From assembly GCA_964644525.1 (NCBI GenBank), contig CAZXWC010000003.1, forward strand, positions 1 through 56,892: a stretch of 56,892 nt of DNA, in the 5' to 3' direction. Position numbers and translations under genes: made by a program. The DNA comes from an uncultured Peptostreptococcaceae bacterium (GTDB lineage: Bacteria; Bacillota; Clostridia; Peptostreptococcales; BM714). The notes under the pieces are model-generated. The model was not told the DNA's origin, searched no databases, and saw only the letters and a program-made list of their open reading frames with translations. Of the stretch, positions 1 through 8,838 are shown piece by piece; position 1 is the first letter of the stretch; every line of letters begins with the position of its first letter.

Positions 1-186
1 GCCCTAAACGGAATATTCCTTCCTGTAATTGTAGTGTTCTTGGTTTATATAACTTGCTCTAAGAAAGTTCTTGGGGAATACGCAAACAGCATGTGGATAA
101 ACCTTGTTGGAATAGCAATCAGCATAATAACTATTGTTATAGGTGGAAGCAGCGTTATATCGGTATTCAAGTCTCTATTGGGTTAA
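1..186 (+). CDS. C-terminal fragment of a membrane transporter, probably NRAMP/divalent metal cation family (5' truncated by window)
   Basis: Frame 1 reads ALNGIFLPVIVVFLVYITCSKKVLGEYANSMWINLVGIAISIITIVIGGSSVISVFKSLLG* (TAA 184-186). The NG..LP...L....KK..GEY.N pattern is typical of NRAMP C-termini. Not in the ORF track because it lacks a start. Confidence 0.6.
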   Translation, partial: ALNGIFLPVIVVFLVYITCSKKVLGEYANSMWINLVGIAISIITIVIGGSSVISVFKSLLG

Positions 187-269
187 TCGGCAATCTGGAA
201 CATAAAGGAAAACATTTTTAATAGAGTCAAATTTATAATCCTTTCTTATTGCATATTTCCGAAAGGTAA

Positions 270-307
270 AAATGAAGGGGAATGGGTTTGTCCCATTCCC
301 TTCATTT
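270..307 (+). terminator. Stem-loop, likely terminator of the upstream gene
   Basis: AAATGAAGGGGAATGGG / CCCATTCCCTTCATTT near-perfect inverted repeat (one bulge) with only a short T tract. Confidence 0.5.
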
Positions 308-471
308 CCCAAAGTATAAATTATCGAAAAATGCGATGCTTAGTCTTTCGCTGCATGGCTTGAAATTTTAAATAATGAAAATTGAATGTGTAAGCAGAGT
401 AAAAGATGTATGAAAGGGTGGAAGAAAAATAATATAAGGCGGGTAGCAAATCCGTAAAGAGGAGAGTTGTC

Positions 472-1899
472 ATGTTTGAAAATATTGAGCAAATGATTGA
501 TTACTGCAAGAGGGAAGAGGTAAAGACAATTGATTTCAAAGTTGTGGACCTTTCGGGAAGGTGGCACAGATTGTCCATAACATCTACAAAGCTAAGCCCC
601 GACATAATGGAAAAGGGCATAGGTTTTGACGGTTCAAGCTACGGTTTTCTTACCGTGGAGAAGTCGGACATGGTGATGATGCCGGATGTATCGAGCGCTT
701 ATATCGACAGGTACAGAAGAAATAAGACTTTGACAGTGCTTGCCAATATTTATGAAATTAAAAATGGCAATATAGTCAGATTCGAGGATGACCCGCGATA
801 CGTTGCTGAAAAGACTGAAAAATTCATGGTGGAAAATGAAATAGCCGACGCTTGCCTCTTAGGTCCTGAATTTGAATTTTTCGTGCTTGACCATGCATCC
901 TTCAAGACGACCAATGCACATATGGAGGTAAGGCTTGATTCTGCCCAGGCAGAGTGGAACATGGGAAATTGTAAGGAACAAAACTTGGCCGTTTCGGTTC
1001 CCGCACACGGCGGATACCATTTGGATTCGCCCTACGACAGCAGTTATGAATTCAGAAATGAGGCATGCCTCCAAGCGGAAGAAATTGGGATACCCATAAA
1101 ATACCACCACTCAGAGAATGGTGGGCCTGGGCAGGTTGAAATTGAAGTCAACTTCGCGGGAATAAGGGAGATGGGGGACAGCTCCTTAAAGCTTAAAAAT
1201 CTGCTGAATAATTGCGGTATGGAATTTGGGAAGACGGTTACATTTATGCCCAAGCCTTTTGTTGACGAATGTGGAAGTTCAATGCATGTGCACATAATGC
1301 TGGGCAAGGACGGGAAAAACCTCATGTACGACAAGGATGGCTATTCAGGTTTGTCAAAACTTGCCCATCACGCGATTGCCGGCATATTGACCCACATAGA
1401 TGCCATAACGGCAATAGCCAACCCGTCGACCAATTCATACAAACGTCTGGTACCGGGATATGAAGCGCCAATAAGCGTTTGCTTTGGAACATCCAACAGG
1501 AGCGCATCTATAAGAATCCCGGGTTATGCAATAAGTTCCGATGAGAAGCGTTTCGAGCTCAGGTCTCCAGATGCTACAAGCAACACATACCTTGCCTATT
1601 CGGCAATAATGATGGCTGCTTTCGATGGGATAGCAAATGAAATTGACAGTTCGTCATTTGGACCTTACGACATAAATCTTTATAAATTGCCGGAAGAGGA
1701 GCAGAGCAAGATAAAATCGCTTCCCACATGCGCGCTAGATGCGGCAGACGCTCTTGAGAAAGACAACGAATTTCTTAAGAAGAGCGGCGTTTTTACAGAC
1801 AACATAATCAGGAATCACGTTGCCAAAATGAGAAGCGATTACTACAAGGTCAACAGGATGCCGCATCCCATAGAGTTCGAAATGTACTTTAACGCATAA
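472..1899 (+). CDS. glnA: Glutamine synthetase type I
   Basis: FDGSS, GPEFEF, HHSENGGPGQVEI, TFMPKP, MHVH, LVPGYEAP, NRSASIRIP, RFELRSPD motifs; RBS GAGGAG. Confidence 0.95.
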   Translation: MFENIEQMIDYCKREEVKTIDFKVVDLSGRWHRLSITSTKLSPDIMEKGIGFDGSSYGFLTVEKSDMVMMPDVSSAYIDRYRRNKTLTVLANIYEIKNGNIVRFEDDPRYVAEKTEKFMVENEIADACLLGPEFEFFVLDHASFKTTNAHMEVRLDSAQAEWNMGNCKEQNLAVSVPAHGGYHLDSPYDSSYEFRNEACLQAEEIGIPIKYHHSENGGPGQVEIEVNFAGIREMGDSSLKLKNLLNNCGMEFGKTVTFMPKPFVDECGSSMHVHIMLGKDGKNLMYDKDGYSGLSKLAHHAIAGILTHIDAITAIANPSTNSYKRLVPGYEAPISVCFGTSNRSASIRIPGYAISSDEKRFELRSPDATSNTYLAYSAIMMAAFDGIANEIDSSSFGPYDINLYKLPEEEQSKIKSLPTCALDAADALEKDNEFLKKSGVFTDNIIRNHVAKMRSDYYKVNRMPHPIEFEMYFNA

Positions 1900-1941
1900 A
1901 TAAAGTGCACATTTGTTAAATTTACTATAAAAAAACAGACC

Positions 1942-1988
1942 CCCTTGGCTTCCGGAGATTTCTTCTTCGGAAGCCAAGGGTTTTATTT
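1942..1988. terminator. Intrinsic terminator between convergent glnA and MFS genes
   Basis: CCCTTGGCTTCCG / CGGAAGCCAAGGG 13-bp stem followed by TTTTATTT; A-run on the left side. Confidence 0.8.
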
Positions 1989-2046
1989 GTCGGAGAAAAA
2001 CTTTTGTGAAGACTTTGTTTTCCTATTTGAATATTGGGGCTAAAGG

Positions 2047-3237
2047 TCAAGCCTGCATTTTTCTGGAGAAAAGAATTCCTGACATGCAAAGGGCTATAAT
2101 CAGCCAGAAAACCATCCTGTAGTCGTTTAATATGTCAAGAAGCGCGCCTGACGCAAGCACTCCTGTTATTGCGCCTATGCCGTAGGCCGTGAAAACGACT
2201 CCGTAATTTTGGCTGTAGTGGCTTGGACCGAAAAGCGAAATTGTAGCGCCCGGGGCTATTGCCAACCACCCGCCCAGATTGAGCCAGAAAATTGAAAATG
2301 AAACTGCGAAAGCGAGGGGGCTTCCACTGCTTGGGAAAAGCATAAGGACCGCAGCCAGCATTATGAGGGCGTACGAATAAGTCATAGCTTTTGCCACGGA
2401 TGTCTTGTCTGTAAGCCATCCGAAAAGGGGCCTTCCTATTCCGTTAAAGATTGCGAACAGGGGCAAGAGGGAGTATACGGTGCCAGGCGGCAGCTCTGAA
2501 AAGCCGATTCCAACACTGCTTGTCATGCCGATCATCATGAGGCCGATTGTGGCACCTATGAAAAAATTGACGTATAGGGTTTTGAATTCCTTGGAATTGA
2601 TCATTTCTTTTGTGTTCATGCCCTTATCGTCTATTTCTGAATGGCTTTTTGTTTCTTCCTTTGGATAGCGTAGAGGGAATGACAGAAGGGGCAGGAGAAT
2701 GCCGAAAGATAGACCCAAAACCATAAATGTTTTCATGGGGCCGATTGAAACAATCAACTGCCTTGCCGCTGGGGCGGTAACAAGCGGTGAAAGCCCGAAG
2801 CCTACAAGGACAAGTCCAACTGCAAGTCCCTTGTTTTTGGGGAACCATTTGGCAATTATGGCAAGGGGGACTCCGTAGGCGATTCCTACTCCTGTTCCGC
2901 TGACAACTCCGTAGAAAAAGGTGAAGATAAGGATATTTGGTGCCAAAGCTGCTGAAATCCAACCAAGAGCTATTAAGGCGCCGCCTGCAGAGATTACGAG
3001 TTTAGGGCTGTACCTGTCAAGGAATTTTCCGGAAATAAACATGAACAAAGCATAAAATGCCAGGGAAGTCATGTATGGAAGTCCGCTGAGGGTAGATCCT
3101 ATTCCATAAAGCTCTTCTATATGGAGCCTGAATACACTCCATGAATAAACAGTTCCCAGGCATATCATTATTAAAAAACCTAAAACGATATAGAGTTTTC
3201 CTTGTGAAGATATGGATGTTGCATTTTTTTCGGACAT
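2047..3237 (-). CDS. MFS transporter, OFA (oxalate/formate antiporter-like) family
   Basis: About 12 hydrophobic segments; GTVYSWSVF, G.F.DRYSPK, GVGIAY....A..KWFP..KGLAVG, FNGIGR..FGWLTD, YG..FTAYG. Start moved from 3306 to the ATG at 3237, which has RBS AAGGAG. Confidence 0.85.
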   Translation of the reverse strand: MSEKNATSISSQGKLYIVLGFLIMICLGTVYSWSVFRLHIEELYGIGSTLSGLPYMTSLAFYALFMFISGKFLDRYSPKLVISAGGALIALGWISAALAPNILIFTFFYGVVSGTGVGIAYGVPLAIIAKWFPKNKGLAVGLVLVGFGLSPLVTAPAARQLIVSIGPMKTFMVLGLSFGILLPLLSFPLRYPKEETKSHSEIDDKGMNTKEMINSKEFKTLYVNFFIGATIGLMMIGMTSSVGIGFSELPPGTVYSLLPLFAIFNGIGRPLFGWLTDKTSVAKAMTYSYALIMLAAVLMLFPSSGSPLAFAVSFSIFWLNLGGWLAIAPGATISLFGPSHYSQNYGVVFTAYGIGAITGVLASGALLDILNDYRMVFWLIIALCMSGILFSRKMQA

Positions 3238-3472
3238 TATATTTCTCCTTTTGCAAGCTCTTTGTATTTTTGCTGTTTTCATAATATATGGCGCAGTTTC
3301 AAACATGTATTTTTTTATTGATTTATAAGTCTATAAAAAAGTTTAGTGAAAAGCAAGCGCTTTTTTGGCTTTTTTTATTGGTATAAAATCCATTTTTGCT
3401 TTTGCACTGTTTTATAAGTTCAATATACCCATTCAAGTATGTTGTGTAACGGAATTAAACTTTTGGGATTGC

Positions 3473-3501
3473 TTGACCGACAAATCTATATTTATTACAA
3501 T
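3473..3501 (+). promoter_or_regulatory. sigma-A promoter of the two-component operon
   Basis: TTGACC-N17-TACAAT. Confidence 0.65.
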
Positions 3502-3530
3502 TAACGAATAATGATTTGGAAAGGGAACAT

Positions 3531-5534
3531 ATGAAAAGTAAAAAAAATATCGGGTTTATATTTGCGGGAATTCTTATGATTTTAGCAGTTGCTTTAATGC
3601 TCGACACAAGTATGCAGAACAAGCCTCAATCGACGAGAGAACTGTTGACAATGGAGGAGAAGGCTTGGCTTTATGAGCAAGGTTCTTTAATATATTCGGC
3701 GGATGACAATGCTCCTCCCCTGCGTTTTGTCGATGAAAGCGACAAGCAGTACAAAGGTGTTGTGGTGGACTATGTGAGTCTTCTATCCCTCGAGCTTGGA
3801 GTAAATATAGAAGTGCGTCCCAAGCTTTGGCAGGAGGCTCTCAGGAGTCTGTCCGAAGGGGAAACAGATATGTGCGATATGTTTAAAAGTCCTGAACGTT
3901 CAGAAGTTTTTCTTTTCAGCGACCCCATATACAATCTCAGGGCTGTTCTTGTAACAAGGGACAATCCTGGACATATTGACGAGATGACATTTGCAACGCA
4001 GAAGGGGGATTACTTGAATGAATGGCTTTTGGAAAATTATCCGGAAATAGAGATTGTATACACAGACAATGTCAGTGAAGCAGTAGACCTTCTCTTAGCC
4101 GGGGAAGTTGAAGCGGTTGCAGGTGATGAGCCGGTAGTTCTGTACCAGATTAAAGAAAAGAATGCTGAAGACAAATTGCAGATAATGGAAAGACCTCTGT
4201 ATGAGAACGAGGTGGTTTTTTCTATTCCAAAATCAAAACCTGAGCTTTTGCCAATTTTAAACAAGGGAATTGCGGCTCTTGCGGAAACTGACCAGCTTGA
4301 GAGAATTCAGCAAAAGTGGTTTGGAATATCTACACCAATAGTGCAAGAGCCCGACATGAGCAGAAAGATCAAATATATCTTTGCAGGGGTGGGCATGTTG
4401 ATTGTATTGATGACAGGAATGGCATATTGGAACTATTCTCTTCAAAGCGAAGTCGAGAGGCGAACAAAGGAAGTTATCAGCAGCAAGGAAAACCTGAGGT
4501 TGACACTCGACGGAATGAAGCAGTTTATTGTGCTGTTCAACATGCGATTGGAGACGGCCAACATAAACAAACCTTTTTTAGATTATCTTGGATTGACCCG
4601 TTCCGAGGCGAGGGGAGAGGTTTGCAGTGAAATATTCAAGGGATTCAAACCGATGGACATAACATCGATGATAAGGGATTGTGTTGAATCAGAAAGCGGA
4701 TTGGAAAAGGAAATTTCAGTAGGCAAGGATTATTATATGCTTCAAATTTATCCATTAAAGAATGACGAAGGCAAACTGAAAAACATACTTGTTGTCCTTT
4801 CAAATGTCACCAGGGAAAAGAACAATGAAAGACAATTGCTGCAGGCGGGTAAAATGGCTGCAATAGGACAGTTGGTTGCTGGCATGGGACATGAGATAAG
4901 AAATCCACTGGGAATAATAAGAAATCACAGTTTTATTCTAAGATCGTTGGAACCAAATGAAAAAACGGAAAAATCTCTTGATTATATAGATAACGCCGTT
5001 GAAAGAGCTAATCGAATAATTGGAAATTTACTTGAATTTTCAAGACTTACGGATGACTCAAAGCAAAATATCGGCCTGAAAAAGCTGATTTCCGGAATAT
5101 TCGACTTGGAGAGCAAGACATTGATGAAGAAAAATATACGCTACGAGATTAATTGTGACGGTGACTTGTATTTTAGATCAAACAGAGAGGCGCTCAAACA
5201 TATTTTTATAAATCTTATATCAAATGCCGTAGATGCCATAGGAGAAGACGGATTAATTAGGGTGTCGGCTGCGGAAGATGAAAATAATGTCAAAATGACA
5301 GTTGAGGATTCAGGTAATGGGATATCCGAAGATGAAATAGAAAATATTTTTAATCCATTTTATACGACCAAGGGTCCGGACAAGGGTACAGGGCTGGGCT
5401 TGTATATAGTATATAACGAGATAAAAAAACTAGGCGGGGCTGTTTATGTTGAGAGCTCTTGCGAAGATGGGACTGCATTTATGATAATATTTCCAAAAGG
5501 TGGAGAGGTGAAGAATAATGAACGATTCAGTTAA
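3531..5534 (+). CDS. Sensor histidine kinase with extracellular amino-acid-binding (family 3 SBP-like) domain, PAS-like region, HisKA and HATPase
   Basis: N-terminal TM; SADDNAPPLRF...G...DY and DAVAGDEPV-like SBP signatures; second TM; GHEIRNPLG H-box; NLISNAVDA, DSGNGI, FNPFYTTK, GTGLGL. The ATG at 3531 has an AAGGGA RBS (track start is TTG 3516). Confidence 0.9.
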   Translation: MKSKKNIGFIFAGILMILAVALMLDTSMQNKPQSTRELLTMEEKAWLYEQGSLIYSADDNAPPLRFVDESDKQYKGVVVDYVSLLSLELGVNIEVRPKLWQEALRSLSEGETDMCDMFKSPERSEVFLFSDPIYNLRAVLVTRDNPGHIDEMTFATQKGDYLNEWLLENYPEIEIVYTDNVSEAVDLLLAGEVEAVAGDEPVVLYQIKEKNAEDKLQIMERPLYENEVVFSIPKSKPELLPILNKGIAALAETDQLERIQQKWFGISTPIVQEPDMSRKIKYIFAGVGMLIVLMTGMAYWNYSLQSEVERRTKEVISSKENLRLTLDGMKQFIVLFNMRLETANINKPFLDYLGLTRSEARGEVCSEIFKGFKPMDITSMIRDCVESESGLEKEISVGKDYYMLQIYPLKNDEGKLKNILVVLSNVTREKNNERQLLQAGKMAAIGQLVAGMGHEIRNPLGIIRNHSFILRSLEPNEKTEKSLDYIDNAVERANRIIGNLLEFSRLTDDSKQNIGLKKLISGIFDLESKTLMKKNIRYEINCDGDLYFRSNREALKHIFINLISNAVDAIGEDGLIRVSAAEDENNVKMTVEDSGNGISEDEIENIFNPFYTTKGPDKGTGLGLYIVYNEIKKLGGAVYVESSCEDGTAFMIIFPKGGEVKNNERFS

Positions 5535-6882
5535 GTTGCTCATAGTAGACGATGAAATAGAATATAGAGAAACATACCGCATGCTTTTGGAAAACAGGGG
5601 TTTTATTGTCGGAGAGGCGGGCAGCGCCGATGAGGCTTTGGATATTTTGTCCAAGGAGTATTATCCTATAGTTATTTCGGATGTGATAATGCCAGGAAAA
5701 GACGGACTTTATCTGCTTGACAGAATTAAAAGCAAATATGGGGGAAGTGTTGAAGTAATAATTGTAACCGGATATGGAAGCATAGAAAATGCAGTTAAGG
5801 CCATAAGGGTCGGCGCTTTGGGATATTTCATAAAAAGCGGAAATCCGGATGAGCTTTTCAGGGAAATTGATAAGGCAAGAAGATTGGTTCAATTTGAAAA
5901 GAAGAAGGAACTCGAAGAACGCAGCAGCGGGTCGGGTTTATTTTTGCACCAATCTGAAAATCCGCGAATACGCAAGATACTTGAGGATATACAAACACTT
6001 TCCAAGTCATCGTGCAATGTTCTTATTACCGGAGAATCCGGAGTTGGGAAAGAAATTTTCGCAAAACACATACACGACAGCAGTGAAGTTGAAGACGGAA
6101 TTTTTATGGCTACGAATTGCCAGGCATTTTCGGAAAACCTGCTTGAGGCAGAATTGTTTGGGCATGAAAAGGGGGCTTTTACGGGAGCGGCTGCAAAAAG
6201 GATAGGACGTTTTGAAGAAGCTAATGGAGGAACAATGTTTCTTGATGAAATAGGTGAAATTTCTCAAAGCACCCAGGTGAAACTTTTGAGAGTCCTGGAT
6301 AATAGATATATAGAAAGGATTGGGTCAAACAAGAAAATACCTGTCAATTTCAGGTTGATAAGCGCTACAAACAGAAACTTGCAGGAGGAGATATCTGATG
6401 GAATTTTTCGTGAGGATCTTTACTACAGGATAAACACCGTGACGATTGAAATTCCGCCTCTGAGGGAACGGCGTGAGGATTTGGAAGGAATGATTGGTTT
6501 TTTTGTCAAACTTTTAAGCAGCGAAATAAAAAAGGACATAAAGGGTCCTACTGCAGATACTATGAATTACCTTCTTGAATATGATTATCCAGGGAATGTA
6601 AGGGAGCTAAAAAATATAATAGAAAGATTGATAGTTCTTTCGAAGGATGGATATTTGAGAATAGAAGAGGTTGAAGAGGGAAACGCCAAGAGGTGTGGTC
6701 AAAAGAAAGCGGCAACAAGCGAAATTCTCCCCTACAAGGAAGCTAAGCGTAGATTTGAAAAGGAGTATATTGCTCGGGTTTTGTCGGCAAATGAAAACAA
6801 TATAACAAAGGCGGCACAACTTATGAAAATAAGCAGACGCCAATTGTTCAATAAAATAAGAGAATACAAGCTGAAACAGTGA
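5518..6882 (+). CDS. Sigma-54-dependent response regulator (NtrC/AtoC family)
   Basis: Receiver LIVDDE...SDVIMP; AAA+ GESGVGKE, ELFGHEKGAFTGA, FLDEIGE, LYYRIN, YPGNVRELKN; C-terminal Fis-type HTH (NITKAAQLMKISRRQL). Confidence 0.95.
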   Translation: MNDSVKLLIVDDEIEYRETYRMLLENRGFIVGEAGSADEALDILSKEYYPIVISDVIMPGKDGLYLLDRIKSKYGGSVEVIIVTGYGSIENAVKAIRVGALGYFIKSGNPDELFREIDKARRLVQFEKKKELEERSSGSGLFLHQSENPRIRKILEDIQTLSKSSCNVLITGESGVGKEIFAKHIHDSSEVEDGIFMATNCQAFSENLLEAELFGHEKGAFTGAAAKRIGRFEEANGGTMFLDEIGEISQSTQVKLLRVLDNRYIERIGSNKKIPVNFRLISATNRNLQEEISDGIFREDLYYRINTVTIEIPPLRERREDLEGMIGFFVKLLSSEIKKDIKGPTADTMNYLLEYDYPGNVRELKNIIERLIVLSKDGYLRIEEVEEGNAKRCGQKKAATSEILPYKEAKRRFEKEYIARVLSANENNITKAAQLMKISRRQLFNKIREYKLKQ

Positions 6883-6907
6883 AAGCAAAAACAATGTCAA
6901 GAAAAAG

Positions 6908-6924
6908 TTGGCATTGTTTTTGCA
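6908..6924 (+). promoter_or_regulatory. sigma-54 (-24/-12) promoter of ortAB
   Basis: TTGGCATTGTTTTTGCA: GG(6910-11)-N10-GC(6922-23). Confidence 0.8.
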
Positions 6925-6962
6925 TTAATATAGAGTGATAATAAAATAAGGAGGCTGAGAAA

Positions 6963-7268
6963 ATGAATAAAGCAACAAAAGGCACTTGGGTTGAGATTGA
7001 GAATGTTGTTCTCGAGGTGGGACAGCGTGCCCCACAGGTGCCGAAAGATACTAAAAACACGCCTTTGATTATGTGGACAAAAGGTCTTTTGATTGACAAA
7101 GAGGCAGAAATAGGCCAAGAGGTTGAGGTGGAAACATTGTCAGGAAGGTTGGCCAAGGGCAAGATGACTGATGTGAATCCGCGTTTTGAACATGATTTCG
7201 GTAAACCTGTTGATGTTCTTGTTGAAACTGGAATATCATTAAAAAAAGAAATAGGAGGTATCCGATGA
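6963..7268 (+). CDS. ortA: 2-amino-4-ketopentanoate thiolase alpha subunit
   Basis: KGTWVEI...L..GQRAPQVP.DT...PL.MW.KG.L...G..V...T.SGR...G....NP...HDFG.P matches OrtA; adjacent to OrtB. Confidence 0.85.
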   Translation: MNKATKGTWVEIENVVLEVGQRAPQVPKDTKNTPLIMWTKGLLIDKEAEIGQEVEVETLSGRLAKGKMTDVNPRFEHDFGKPVDVLVETGISLKKEIGGIR

Positions 7269-8665
7269 GGGATTTGACATACGGAGCGGTAATGGGCCGA
7301 AAGAATGAAATAATGAAAAAAGCGGTAGGAATCGATTACAGTGAGTTTGAATTTGGAAAAATAGGTTTTGACTATGAAAAGATGATGAATAATGTTGCCT
7401 ATGAAATGGAGGACATGATAAAGATTCAGAAAGAGACAAAGGTTGGAAACACACCTCTTTTTGAACTGCACAACATAAATCGTTTGATCAATGCTAATTC
7501 TGCTGAAGGCAAAGGCGGACGTATTTTCATAAAGGATGAAGCGGCGAATGCATCTGGTTCCTTTAAAGCAAGAAGAGCAGCTATATCGGTTTATCATGCG
7601 CAAAAAATGGGCTACAAGGGGGTAATCGCTGCAACAAGCGGAAACTATGGCGCGGCAGTTGCGTCACAGGCCGCGCAGCGAGGGCTTAAGTGCATCATAG
7701 TTCAAGAGGTTTTTGATTCGCAGAAGAAGGGGCAGCCTGAAATTATAGAAAAGGCCAGAAAGTGCGAAGCTTTTGGGGCCGAGGTAATTCAGCTTACCGT
7801 AGGGCCCGAATTGTTTTACACATTCCTTAAACTTCTTGAAGAGACTGGCTTTTTCAATGCGTCTCTCTATACTCCATTTGGAATTGCAGGAGTTGAAACA
7901 TTGGGCTATGAAATAGCTGAGCAGATGAAATCGATGCAAGGGCACTATCCCGACTACGTAGTTGCAACCCATGCAGGAGGAGGAAATCTTACAGGGACAG
8001 CGAGAGGACTTATAAAGGGGGGAGCGAAAAGCTGCAAAGTATTCGGCGCATCAGTTGATCTTAAAGGTCTTCATATGGCATCGGACAGGGACTTCAATAG
8101 AAAATCATTCACAACAGGACATACGGGTTTTGGAATTCCCTTTGCCACTCAACCAGACCGAGCCGATGTTCCCAGAAATGCCGCCAGGGTTCTTAGATAC
8201 ATGGACAGATATCTTACGGTTACACAGGGAGAAGTTTTTTATGTTACAGAGATGCTTGCGCAAATCGAAGGCATAGAAAGAGGCCCGGCGGGAAATGTTT
8301 CTTTGGCAGCCGCCATATCGCTTGCGATGGAGGTGAATGAGGGTGAAATTATTGTCGTCCAGGAGACTGAATATACAGGAGCAGGCAAACATCCTATGCC
8401 TCAACTTACTTTCGCCAGAGAAAATGGAATAAAGATATACAGAGGTGAAATACAAGAAAATGTTCCGGGTGAAACAATAGTTCTTCCCAATCAATTCTCG
8501 CAGATAAATGCAAAAGAGCTTGATTTGAATAAAATGAAAGAAAGATATATTGATAATGTAACCAAAGGCTACAAGTATGAAGATTTGACTGAAGATGATG
8601 TTAAATATCTTGAAGAGGAAATTCGTGTTGACAGAATCGATATAGAAAAAGCAATGAACAAATAA
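7265..8665 (+). CDS. ortB: 2-amino-4-ketopentanoate thiolase beta subunit (PLP-dependent, fold type II)
   Basis: TYGAVMGRKNEIMK, GNTPL, KDEAANASGSFKARRA (PLP Lys), ATSGNYGAAVA, FTTGHTGFG, ETEYTGAGKHP. Confidence 0.9.
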   Translation: MRDLTYGAVMGRKNEIMKKAVGIDYSEFEFGKIGFDYEKMMNNVAYEMEDMIKIQKETKVGNTPLFELHNINRLINANSAEGKGGRIFIKDEAANASGSFKARRAAISVYHAQKMGYKGVIAATSGNYGAAVASQAAQRGLKCIIVQEVFDSQKKGQPEIIEKARKCEAFGAEVIQLTVGPELFYTFLKLLEETGFFNASLYTPFGIAGVETLGYEIAEQMKSMQGHYPDYVVATHAGGGNLTGTARGLIKGGAKSCKVFGASVDLKGLHMASDRDFNRKSFTTGHTGFGIPFATQPDRADVPRNAARVLRYMDRYLTVTQGEVFYVTEMLAQIEGIERGPAGNVSLAAAISLAMEVNEGEIIVVQETEYTGAGKHPMPQLTFARENGIKIYRGEIQENVPGETIVLPNQFSQINAKELDLNKMKERYIDNVTKGYKYEDLTEDDVKYLEEEIRVDRIDIEKAMNK

Positions 8666-8672
8666 ATCCATA

Positions 8673-8720
8673 GCCATGAAATATTTTTCCACCAGGAAAT
8701 TTATTTCATGGCATTTTTTT
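8673..8720 (+). terminator. Terminator after ortB
   Basis: GCCATGAAATA / TATTTCATGGC inverted repeat followed by a T run. Confidence 0.7.
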
Positions 8721-8781
8721 TCATGAAACGCAAAAATCACTTTAATTGTGTTGAAAAATACTGTTTTTATAGATGAATATC

Positions 8782-8798
8782 TTGGCACGACAATTGCG
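8782..8798 (+). promoter_or_regulatory. sigma-54 (-24/-12) promoter of the NhaC-family transporter
   Basis: TTGGCACGACAATTGCG, near-consensus TGGCAC-N5-TTGC. Confidence 0.85.
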
Positions 8799-8838
8799 AC
8801 TATTATATTTGCACTTAAAAATTTAGGAGGTATATAGC

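Noticed and set aside
187-471. Possible riboswitch or GlnR box in the glnA leader (CCGAAAGG, small hairpins)
   Set aside because: No complete match to the c-di-GMP or glnA RNA motifs, nor to TGTNA-N7-TNACA
6848-7603. 251-aa minus-strand ORF
   Set aside because: Antisense shadow of the regulator end, ortA and ortB; no RBS or recognisable motif
8105-8788. 227-aa minus-strand ORF
   Set aside because: Antisense to ortB; biased composition, no family motif
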